A DNA stretch of 64,000 nt from Laetmonice hystrix. Taxonomy: Eukaryota. The notes under the pieces were generated by a model. It was not told the DNA's origin and made no database searches. It was given only the letters and a program-made list of their open reading frames with translations. The position numbers and the translations under genes were made by a program. Location of the stretch: NCBI GenBank assembly GCA_965235115.1, contig OZ249441.1, forward strand, positions 13,578,001-13,642,000, written 5' to 3'. Positions 33,701-46,200 of this stretch are shown here, piece after piece (the first letter of the stretch is position 1; each line of letters starts with the position of its first letter).

Positions 33701-36700
33701 TTCTCTTTCAAACTCCCTTATAATCATCCTAACTCCCATATAATCATCCTAACACAGCAACTCCCATTTGATCCCCTTTTCACACAGGCTTACGGCTATC
33801 CCTGGTCATAATTAATTGACGGGAAATTTTCAGTCTGGTATTAAGTTTACTTACTCTACTCAAGTGCAACTATATGCATCACATAAATCTCCCAATTATT
33901 TCCACTAGGTCATGGCAAAATAAAAATAACATCGGAAAATTGAAATAAACAACACTTTTCGAAAACAGCTAATCCCTAAATAATGGAACGTAACGTGACG
34001 TGACGTGCATATTAACCAATAATGTAGAAAGGAGAACTATCGAAATCGAGCCACTATGGATCCCATAATAGTCTCTTGTCCGCTATGATAATGTGCCCAT
34101 TCTAAATCTGACATTTCCTCACAGTCCGAGCACATTCTTTCGATGCCCGTGGTAAAAACACCAACTCTAGACGGGTATAAGACACACCCCTGACAGATCG
34201 ACACGAACCCACTCTCCTATAATGTCTCTTGGTGGAAATAATTAATTATCCATCCCCCCAGGGTATGGCTGCGTTCAGCAGGCTGGCACCACTTCTTTGA
34301 TCAAGGGTGGGTGGGTATCATTCTCAGCCAACCCTGCTGGGCATGGACTGCCAATCCCGGCCATATCAAATAACCCCAGATTCACTGAGCAGGCCTATAT
34401 ACATGATATAGCCTGTTTTAAAACTCCACCAAAGAGAGAAAGCCCAGGGCAGGGAGGGGTCTGTTTCCCTTTCTTGACAACGTTGTGGGAGATCGGTGTC
34501 AGGACCTGGTACTTAACTCGGCTTTCAGGACAGAATTAGAAATGTTTATAATGGCAGGGACTAACCAACCACGTAAAAAATAAAACCTTTCATTGCTTTC
34601 AACGACAGAGGTTTTTGTGCGTCTCAAGTACTCACCAGTCACAGAGGCCAGGCACTTGGAGACCAGAGACATGGAATTTATGTGCGATTTATAGAGTTTT
34701 TATCTCAAGAAATAGCAGGCAGTCTTTGTCCGAATACGCGGGAGACCTTTCAGTGCAATATCTAATGTCACGTTAATAATCTATACCTTTCATCTAGAAC
34801 TAATATTACATGGTAATTCTGTGACAACTTGAGCCAATAAGAATTCTATTCACGCTAGCGAGCGCCCTAGACGCTAACACACCCCCCCCCCCTTCCCACG
34901 GTTCATGTTACAAGTGATACAAACACAAATCTACCCACCCAGCATGTGACAAGGCTGTTTTAAGAACCCCTTTCACATGTAACCCTCTCTAACCCCGAGT
35001 CCCTAGGATGCTAACACTGAACACTGGTCTGAGACAGCAACAGGGTCATTTTACAAGCTTAGCTCTCTATACTATCACCCCCCCCCCCTCCACCCATGAG
35101 CCGTCCTTGTACTTCATGCCAATATTGCTTCAATACTAACAACAAATCTTCAATCCTGCCTTTCCGACAATACACACTCAAGAGTAACCCACGGTTTTGG
35201 GCACTAAAATTAGATATCGCTCCTAACTTGCATCTCAGAAAATCATGAGACTGGCCCTGCTGATGTCAGACCAAAGACGAAAGAAGACTCGAGACTTCTA
35301 AAAATATCCCAAATAAAAAAGTAGGAGATTATGAAGTTGCGCGGAACCCTGAGCACAATTCATGGTGGAGGGTCTGGGTCGACCTGGAGGTGAGGTGGAG
35401 GTGAGGTGGAGGTGAGGGGTTACATATCAGCCCCCCTGCGGCAAGCTACCCCTCCCGGCCGTTACCCCTCCCCCTGGCTGTATGACAGATCTCTGCTTGC
35501 CGTCACTCGGAGCGCCCCTCACTGATTCCTGCCTGGTGCTTGCCGTCACTGCATGACGGTGGTGGCCAGTCAGCGGTGCTGGCCAGTTGGTGGTGGTGCC
35601 ATCTATAACGTCCCAGACACTCCAGGCTGACAAGTCAATATGACAGACAGCTCAGTGCCGGGTCCTCCCCTGACAATGGCCCCCTTACCCCCTTTCTATG
35701 GTACAGTGAGGCGACCAACCATTCAGTGTTGTTCTACCGGTACTGGCGGATAACACAGCTCTGGGTTAAATCAACAGGGGAGAGGTTCTGAGATAATATT
35801 GTTCTTTACCTGAGTATTCTCCGTTTTCTGTGCCGCTTCCGTTTCTTGTCGGTCTTCTTCATTATCTGCTTGGAGTGCTGGGCCAGAATCTCAGCCACCG
35901 TGCCCACCCCCATCAGACTGAGGCCCCCAGTCGCCCGCATCCAAGCCTCCTTTGCCTTATCCACTATATCCACTATAGTATCCGGAACCTCTCAATGGGA
36001 GTCCCTGGCTCCCCCCTCCTCCTGGCAGGTACTTTTCTCCGGTAAGTTCTCCTCCTGTGTTACGGCGAGCTTCCTCCTCTCCCTGTAGATGGGGGTAACT
36101 CCGTGGGGGTTGGGGTGAGGAGGGGGTGGGTTGAACCCGAACTATGCACCCTCCTCCTCCTCCTGTCGCGGTACCCGTAGTATCCTGGGTGGTTCTGACC
36201 CACACTCCTGTATGCTACTTACTCCAGTATTCACTGCCGACAGCTGCCAACTCTACACTTCACCAGATGATCCACGCTGCTCGATATGAAAATGGTAACG
36301 TCCAACACTCAACACATGTAAACATATCCACCGTGTAGAGTGTGGGTGGGTGGGTTGCCAAACATCTGGCCACTCTGGAGGTGGTGCCTGGAGTTGTGGC
36401 CCGTAGCCCGCCTTGTTCCGCTGGACAGTAAGGCACTCGGACACATACACCACTGACCACACCCTGACACTGACCGACTGACTGACCAGGCGGCTGGGAT
36501 GTGGGCGATGAGGAGTGACCGATACCCTGGTCACCTCCAGACTACCACCCCTCAGTCTATCCCCGAACACTGACCGTGGCACCCACGGCGGGGGGGCAGC
36601 CTTCCGTACCGGGTAACAACTACCGACAGGCCTACTAACCGGATAATCTCCTTCGATTACCGTTATCCATACTAATCCAAAGTGGTAAATATGAAACAGG

Positions 36701-37180
36701 TGCAGTGCCGACACCAGCCAGTGTTGTGATACGGCGAGCAGACACTGATACCAAGCTGGTACTATCACTCCGTATCACAATGACTGCACAAGGTGACAGT
36801 CAGTGGTCCACTATACGGCAGTCTCCCCAGTTCACCAGGCTGTGGTGTGAGGCGTGCACACTCCCTCAGCACCTACTGATCCCCACAGGCAGGATGATCC
36901 TGACAGCTTGTCACTGTATACACACAGTTATCCTATTAATCACATCCAATTGTTGGCTGACGACTCCCTGCTTCTCACTTGTCTCGGCTACTAGGATATA
37001 CTACTACGAGAAGACCGCCACCACCAGGCCCCCGCGCCCGCCACGCTACGACCGCAGCCAAGTTGGCCTATCAGCGGCGAGGAGCGGAGCCGATGGTAGG
37101 GGGTTGGGCCAGCCAACCAACCAACCAGCCAGCCAACGGTCGGTGGTGGTGACTACACGCTCTGCTCCAATGGCCCACAC

Positions 37181-37224
37181 GACAGACAGACAGACAGACG
37201 GACTGAGGCCCGGACGGACGGACG
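37181..37224. repeat. compound (GACA)n/(GACG)n microsatellite
   Basis: GACAGACAGACAGACAGACGGAC...GGACGGACGGACG, i.e. (GTCY)n on the minus strand. Confidence 0.85.
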
Positions 37225-37606
37225 CACAGTCAACTATCAAACAAACCCTGGGCACTGATCAGCAGGCCACTGCCAGTTCTATGACGACTCCCAACCACCA
37301 ATCGATCAGCTTAGTTCTACTGTAAATACCATGCCCTCATACTCGCATCATCTTTAGAACACATCACGTTCTGAAAGGCTACACACGATCCAAATGAAAC
37401 AGCTAAAGCAAAACATAGCCACGTGACAGACACAGCCATAGATTTTCCTTAGAATGTCAGAATTGCGAGGGGGTGAAGTGGGATAAACGACTAGGTACAG
37501 GATAGGGGTGCTTGTAGAGAAGACGAACGCTGACACGTGGACATTGCTGGTGCGTTGGTCTTTCAGTTTACCAATACTTCATCAGTCACGTTCATCTCTA
37601 AATGAT

Positions 37607-37610
<4 letters not shown>

Positions 37611-37655
<45 letters not shown>
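37611..37655. repeat. (CAG)15 trinucleotide repeat
   Basis: Uninterrupted CAG run; reads as poly-Leu in the minus-strand ORF 37563-37793. Confidence 0.95.
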
Positions 37656-37657
<2 letters not shown>

Positions 37658-40049
37658 ACATAAGCACAAGCAGTGCTCTGCTGCATTCTGCCCAAACGTT
37701 CAGTGACAGCTTCATACGATAATTGGTGCCCCATATTGACAACCTATGATTCTCGATGTCCAGTGTGGGGTACCTGTCGCCTACATGACCCATGACCTAT
37801 ACGGTTGGCCAACCTTTGCCCTCTCTGTCTGATATTATTCTATAGAATCTGTAGGATCTGTAGTGAGTGACCATGACACTCCCAAGTTTTACTCGGTGAT
37901 GATTACAACCACAGACACTGTCAATGTTATAAATGACCGTTACCCACAGAATGCCAGCCTGGCCTACAATCGACGCCAACACTGCAGAGCCTGGGCCCTC
38001 TGCCAGCAAACAGCACCCAAATTAATCTAGCCGTAAACCATCACAAAAAGGGAAACTGTCATGTGCACTGTTCTCATGTGTGTCTGTGCGTTTTGCAGCA
38101 GTAGCATCATTCAGGGAAATCGTCCTGCACGCAGGCCCGCTCCCCATCGTTCTCTTCTACATCTCACTCGTACCTTGTGGGGGGAGGGCTACCCGCCGCC
38201 TGGTGGGCGGCGCGCACACTACCACCCACCGACGTGACACGGCTCACTGAGAACAGCGCGCCCTAGCGGCCTATCTGGGCACCAGTGGCAGTTGACTGCA
38301 AGACTGTGCCAAGAGTTGGAAGCCGCCAGTCACATTTTGTTTGTTAACCACAAATTTAGACATCCAAATTGGACCGGAACTCTCAACATGCATGCTCCAT
38401 GTACCTCACCCACATCTGTACTCCGACTTCCTGCAATGGCTCCCGACTAATCAATTACAGTTGTGCCTTCGTTAGACACAGCACGAACTCCAATATCACA
38501 TCATGTACCGAGGGTTAATTGTTCCTGACGCTAAATGCACTCTTCCAACTATTGGCAATGCCAGAGTGGCATTGCTGTGACAGGGGGTCCAAAGCTGAAT
38601 CTGTTCATATCATACTCGGACTCCTTCCTCAAACTATCGTCCCTCCATCAATAATCTCTCCAAGCAATACAAGACACTACAGCTATCCTGGGTCAGGGAT
38701 TTCATCAACACCAGAAACATGTAGAAAGAAAAAGGCAGTTTAAACATATCGGATTTTGTCGGTTACCTGATCTTGTGGAGATTCATGGTTTCTTTGACCA
38801 ATCTCTGGCCATCTTACAGGACTTGGGTTCTATATTATTTCGGTTTAGCCCGGTAACTTCCAAACAGACCACACAATCGGTTTATAACCTGGCGGTATCA
38901 AGCAAACGTATCTCCTTGTTAGCCGACACATCAGCTTGTCCGCTAACATGACCTCGAACGACACTTTAGTACATATCTGTGAGGACAGACACGTATACCA
39001 GTATCTGCTGCACAGAAAATAATTAATGCAACTCACATTTTACTTTGATATATGAAATGATCCTCCCTTTCATGATCAAACAGTCACGTTTAATCACTAC
39101 AAATGACAGCTTTCACTTTAGCCTGTCATAGGTCATTGGTGGCAGCATTGTTCATTGCAGGATGGGATGTCCTCTCTGTTCAAACTTGCATTAGCTAATA
39201 AGGATAAATAACGTATCCCTAGGTCGTCCGAAATTAAAATGGATCCACTCGGTTCGGAGAGGCTGGGCTGCAGAATAACATATTGCCTTCAATAAATGAG
39301 AATAAAAAAGGCACTTGGTACATGCCACAGCTTGTGACCGTAAGTGTATGATTGCGCAAAGTCTCCCTCCTTCCATCAACAACTCGACCCTTCCCTTACC
39401 ACATCCATCCTCACCGCACTACATCCAGGTACGCATGTACTACTGCACTTATAATATAGACACCGTCCCATCCTGCCGCACCCAATCCTTACTTTTACCG
39501 AGTCTTTTTTTTTTAATCTCCAAAAAGGGAAGCGGCAGAAAATGGACAATAGCACTAGCGGCTATTTTGACAACAGGTAACAAAACATGAGAGTTGCCGG
39601 TGGCCCCCTGGCTCGTTCCATCCCGCACGCGATCTCTGGATGACAAGCTTGCATGCAGCCCTGGATCCGGCCCCCCACCATGCCACTCTCCATTCACCGG
39701 GGGAATAAAAAAAAATCATCTCCTGCAGATAATCGCCTACATCACACGCAGAGCAATTCACAAAGTAACTTTTAATTACGTAATACCACATAGCACCCAT
39801 GCTTACTCTCCTCGCCTTTTGGAAAGTTTCTTGTATATCCCCCGAAAACAACTGAGCAATTATATAATTATTTCTGATTTAATCATTGAGGGATATGTCC
39901 AACCATTAGTGTGCTTTAATGTTACATTAAGGAAGAAACCAAGGGTGCAAAGGAAGAAAGTGGAGAAATGGCATTAACATAATCCAGATCAGAGAGATAC
40001 TCGTCACTATTGTGTGGATAGAACCAACCACAAACCAAGGCTGTCTTAA

Positions 40050-40293
40050 GGCCTGTACCCACTAGCGCGTTTTACCGCTGCGGTCCACGCTGAGCGACAA
40101 AACGCGCTAGTGGGTTCGGGCCTTTAGCTGTTATTGTTGTATTCATCGTGATAAAATTCGGACTCCCACGTAATTCGGAAATGTCCACATATCTCCTGAA
40201 GGCGGTGGTGCTTGCCGTAAGGCCTGAAACCACTAGCGCGTTTTGTCGCTCTGCGTGGACCGCAGCGGTAAAACGCGCTAGTGGGTACAGGCC
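40050..40293. mobile_element. 244-bp MITE with ~74-bp self-palindromic TIRs
   Basis: The left arm 40050-40123 is the reverse complement of the right arm 40220-40293 (few mismatches). TTAA flanks both ends. Each arm contains CCACTAGCGCGTTTT...AAAACGCGCTAGTGG. Confidence 0.9.
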
Positions 40294-43200
40294 TTAACAG
40301 AGATCCATGCCACTGTAAATGTCAATAGTCACACATTGTTGGTCGACATCCCTCAGTGTTGGCTGACACGTTCTACTGTTCCTCTCATTTCATTCAGCTG
40401 CCCTTTATCTGTGCAATAAGATCAAGACAGCTCAAGTGAAGTTAAGGGCTGGTTGGGTTAAAGCCAGCTATAGGATGGGCACTCAACTGGAGAGAAGATC
40501 TGAGAACTTACAAAGTAATTACACTGTAATCCAGACCTCCTGGGCGACAGTACACTGTTTTGTCAGGTGATTCTCCTTGTGTTTCAGACCTATTTTTTCC
40601 GTGAGAACGGGGTTACACTGAACATCCTTAGAACAGATGAAGCTACAAATTAGCTCCAAATGCCCACATGTTTCTCTTCGACAGCGTGTTCAGGCCCACT
40701 TGTCTCCATCTGCACTTGTTGATGCCTGGGGACCGAATACTGGACCGAAATAACGCGAGTGAAGGGAAAAAGTCAGAGATTTTCAGGAGATGCACCAGGG
40801 GACCGTAAAAACGTGGTGCTCAAAGCTAACCCGGCAACTATCTAAGGTATTATGACTTAGTGACTCTACGACTTTCTAGATTTTTTCCCCCTGTCTTAGA
40901 CGGGAAACAACTGAGTACAATGTACATGTACATGTATTTTTATCAGTCGGATCGACGCGACGGGTTCGAACACCTTATATGGGCCAGGGTGGACCAAAGG
41001 GAGTCCTTGTACGATAAGGCGCCCAGGGTATGTTTTGTGGAACATGTGCATACAACCCTCAGCAGCATGACCAAGATAAACTCACATAATGTGGGCCAGG
41101 ATCTCTGCCATATCGTCACCGACCAACCCACCCGAAATATTACCATCCTGACGTCGTCTCCATTTCTCGTGCTTAACGCAAACAGCTGCAAAATCAAAGT
41201 GAAACCGACATCTGAACCTCACGTTAAAAATCATGAATGAGTGTAACTTTAAACCTAGATCCCGTCACTATTCCCTTGGGCAACTCGGTCAGCGTCAGCA
41301 TTTCTATCATCACTATTTCAAAAACCAAAACCAAAAATAAAACATAAACCCCTCTTATGCGAGTATAATTCAATCCCTGGCTCCCTGTTTCAATAAGTTA
41401 CAAGTGAACCGTATAATAGAAAGAAGTGAGCTCGTCATCCCAAGGCCCCCGCCACCCGCGCTGTTGGCGGCCTGGCGCAAACGGCTGTGAACGAATTTCT
41501 TCATGTTATTTTTCGTGCACAGCGGCAGGGAGCCGTGCCAGCAGCCACGCCAATGTGTGAGAACGGCTTGGATAGCTTCCTCCTATCTATCACGTTTTTC
41601 TCATCAGGGGTTCTTAGTGCCGAGACTATCACTTAATTCTGCTTGATGGACGATGTTGGGACTGACATCTCATGATAAAGTCAATAAAGTCGCTCTCCTG
41701 TAGCGTTTCATGCTTTAAAATGCTTTCACTCTAAAACTTACTGGAAATTCTCATTGAAAGATTTCCAATGGGATTACAATTTCGCAAATGCAGCCGCCAG
41801 ATCATAGATGTGTTGTGTCACCGAGGGAGTATAAATAGCCCTGATACTGTCCTGCAGAATGTCGTCTGCTGGTGTCGCTGCGTCACGTCAACAATGAACA
41901 ACAGTGTGGCTGTCATGTAATGCTCATCCTACCGTCTCCTGGATTACGTAATGAGGGACCACATTAAAATCTTGTCCCCAGTCATTACAGTGCCTGTCAG
42001 CCCAACTCACGCTAGTCATCGTATTAAAAAATATCACAACTCCTTCACGTCTTACGGGGTTGGATATCTGACACACACAAGTAGGCCTACACGAACTGGC
42101 ACAGAACAACATCAAAAACCCGGTCTTCATTCCTGGCTCGACACAAATACACCCACGACGTGAACGGGGGAAAAATAACTAAACTGAGGCCCTGTATCAT
42201 GTATGATCATAGAACACAGGTAGATATGTATGCTGTATACATGTATTGTATACCATCAGTGCGGGGCGCAAACTGCAGTGCCCCCTGCAGGACAATTTAC
42301 GTACTAAAGGTAAGATGACACCTCAACCTAATGGTTATCGTTGAAGATGATCCATAGACCTATCAATACTTGTCTGCAGAATGGGAAACTATTCTGAAAT
42401 GTCTTTTTATCAAATCATTTCTCATATAATTCCACAGAAACGTGCTGTAAGTAGAACGAAGAAGAATAATCTATAAGAATCTATAAGCGACATAAAAGCC
42501 GGGCAAGACTGCAAATATCTAAGAAATTTGGATCTACATTCCAGAAAACTGACCTGTGCCCATATAAAAAGAGTCTGCGAAAGTATATCAAAGACTTCAT
42601 TACAGATTGAGTCAAACAGTATCTGGATTTGCTCTCCTCCGATGTGTTGTTGCTGATTTCATCTACTCCCACAATATTTGCCTGATTATAATCTTTAGAA
42701 TTATAAAGAGCATTCTGATGCTTTGTCTAGGCTCTTCAGACATTGATATAGCCTAAACTTTCTCACTGAGGAAAATGTATACTTGCTTCACCAGCAATAT
42801 GTATCGGACTCCATATTAACAAACTGACTTGAAACTGGCATAAAGTACTGCCATCAATGTGCCTTCTGATCACCAGTCCGACAAGAACAAGCCATCTCCT
42901 GAATCACTGACTGTAGGCCCTTGATCTCCGGGAACCAGTTCATGCGGCACGAGGCGTGTGCAAACCTTCCGACCACACTTGCATGACTTCAACCCCTATT
43001 GACATTAAGATACCGTCGCCTTCATTTATTTCCTTACAGTTACTATCAGCCGGCAGTTATGATAGAAAGGAAGCATGCTAGAACTTGAAGTAAACATGAG
43101 TCGTCGTGACTGCCTGAATTGACTGTTTTCATGAGGAAAGAATTGTGTAACCAGTTGTTGGCGTGCCGTCTGTCTATGGGTCACCGTCACTGAGGAGCTT

Positions 43201-46200
43201 GGCCTTTTTACCGGTAATTGGCCAATAACAGGCCTTCCCCACCCTATACAGGCAACCGTCGACTGACATCTACTGTACGCCGGTTAGCTCATTCAAGTAA
43301 TGACAATCTTATAGTTATAGGGTTCTGTGTCCTCGTTAGGTATATATGGAATATAATTGGTACAAATTTAAAGGTATGTCTATCAAGTTGTTTCCCACCA
43401 CAGACATTGCTGTCATGTTCTGTAGGCACTAAAACTCCGGTTTCCACCTCTGAGTGGTGAACCAGGATGCTTGTAACTGCAACATAATGTGCCATTAAAC
43501 ATTTTGTATGACAACTGAATCCTCCGGGGCATCTTTGCCGGCCCATTAACACATATATATACGTAAGGTGATATATGGTTATCACCATAGCAACAGGCCC
43601 CGATCTGTCTCCTGGGGCTTTAATTACCAGTTGGGCTTAATGGCATTTTTATATACGTTCACCCGTATCACTATTTTCAGCCTTTAATTTGATGGAAGTA
43701 AACTGATGGAGACTGTTGTCCCCGCTATCAGCATGGTCAGGATGGAGTTACCAATGATCATAGTCTTCCTATGAATCCATTCAAGTGACAGGCACACTGA
43801 CAGTCCAACACCCTGTGAACGACACTGCACCCTATGGCAAAACAATCAGCAACAACGGGAAAACAAGGCGTCAAGCTAACAAGAGGATCCTACTCGACAC
43901 CCCCTTAATGTGCCCTCCACTAACCACCCCCCGCGGAGACGGGTAATAAAGTGTGAAGCTAATTTACCTTGTGGGACGTGGTTCTGGCGGCTGCCCAACT
44001 GTCAGCCGGTAGGGGACGCTATGGCCTTGAGAAACGCAAACCGGCCGCCCGTCATCCCCATCAGTACACTTTTACTACACTATCAGAACACAACTGTAGG
44101 TATACGCCACACCATTATGTACCTAAGCCACTGGCAACCCTGTCAGTGCCCACGAGTCCGGCTTATATATTACCTCCCAGTATACATGTATACTTATATG
44201 TAATGGTTCAGTCCGGTATCTACAGCTCACTATACATGTAGACATACACCAGTCTAAATTTGGACTGATCCTTATAGTTCTACCATTATATATAGGTCGT
44301 ATTTATGAGGGTTGATGGTAATTAAGGGATCATATACTTTGCCCAGACGACCCGAGTGTCCGGTTGGGAAGCCCTGACAGCCACACCTCTTTACCCTGTC
44401 AAGTAGCACCTTCAACTGTGTACCAGTACGTAAAACTAACGGTTCTGTTTTTCTATACCCCACCTTCTCAACAACCCGGATTCTATTCTCTCCCTACTGA
44501 AAATTGGCCAAACACTTTTATAAACTCCCCGACTTCAATCCACCTGTTTGGTGTTTAACCACCTGACATCCAATACTGACCCACTTTGATCGCATCCAAT
44601 AAATCGCCCACCTGAGTGTACAACCCTCTGGATACCCTCTGTCAGCTTAATCTAAACCTTTCAATATACTGTCAACGATAAATGCCAACAATCAAATGAC
44701 ACTTTCTGGTCAAATATTATCGCTATCGAAATATTTCATTGCGCTTTTGTCGTATTTCACCTGTATTTTGGATGATCAAAATGATCAGACCCTGCATATG
44801 TCCGACGTGCCCACATGCACTCCTACAAACTCTATACATTGTACGTTATGCTGGTGCAATCACAAAATAAACCTCTCCCTTGGTACCATTATCTGGGACG
44901 AGAAAAAATTGTAGCTAATGTTATTCAACATAATTCAAACGAAGCGTGTCTGAGAACATGCCAACCCACTGACGGAGAATCATTGACAATCATTTCGTAA
45001 TGAAGTGTTTGGAGAGCTGCTGTGACTTGGTTACACGGTTCTCAACTACCGTCTCCATGCTGTAATACTGTATACAGTCTCCTCCGGTATCAGACGTCAT
45101 CCAGGCGAACCCTCCTCGCTCCATGACTCCATTTAACTCCTGTCACCTTCTCACCGCCCAAACAATCAGTCGGACACCTGACACAACTTTCCCACACTCT
45201 CTAGTTTACATACTGCTGGCAGCATTCCTGTCAACGTTTTTCACGACCCTTTATTCAGAATACATTTCCAGATATATTTCTATTTTATTTGACAGGAGTA
45301 TTTTGTACATGGGTTTATCTCCCTTCTATACGATAAAGGAGCTCCATTCCCTCCAAACAAACTGAATAGGCGCGCAATCATTTTAGTGTAAACTCGTTCT
45401 CGGTCCTCAAATACTTTAAATCCACTTTTCAAGTCCCTCTCAATCATTTCCAAGGTGATGCACCTCAAAGGAATTGAATACAATATTTTGACCCCTTCAT
45501 ATTGAGATGTCGACAACAACCGGAAATTGTACCGAACCTGGTATGACTTCATTTAGAATTTTAGTTTGATACTAATTTGGCGAGGAAGAACAACGTTACG
45601 TTGATCCCTCATTCAAAGGAATAAATCCAATGATAAAAGGCATTTCCTTCAATGGGATCAACTCAATCTGAATACATGTACCCAATTATGTCTAGACCTG
45701 TACATGGATCTGCATTAAGTTACAACAGTGAAAACGACCTTTTAGAAAACTGGACAGCCGATCCAATACTATAGGATACACACAAATATCCATGAGCGTC
45801 GAAACCCAATATGAGCGCTTGTCGGCGGTCATAAATAAACAGATGGGGGTCAAAACATGGCAATAACATACGCTCTCTTACCACTTCCCACACTTAAATA
45901 TTTGATCCTCCCTCCTTACATAGACTCCAGTGTAAGCTATGGATACAGATAGGTCATCACTTCTTAACCTAGATCATCTCCTCCATTATATACTTCTCCG
46001 GGTCAGAGCTAAGTAATCACGCTCGGTGACATGACTGGAGAACAATGAGAACAATGAGCGATAACTCAGTATACCCACAGTGTGGTCACATAGCGATCAG
46101 TCCCAAATAAACGTGTTCACGGGAGGCGGACGGTGTGCGACATGCATGTTTTATATAGGAGCCACTTCACTTTCTGTATGACCTCCACATTTCATACAGT

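Noticed and set aside
42490-42615. LRR-like peptide CKYLRNLDLHSRKLTCAHIKRVCESISKTSLQ (+ strand)
   Set aside because: Single repeat lacking the conserved Asn, bounded by stops, no usable splice sites.
45293-45390. Peptide GFISLLYDKG...NRRAIIL resembling LINE RT domain 0
   Set aside because: The following sequence does not continue the RT motifs; probably chance.
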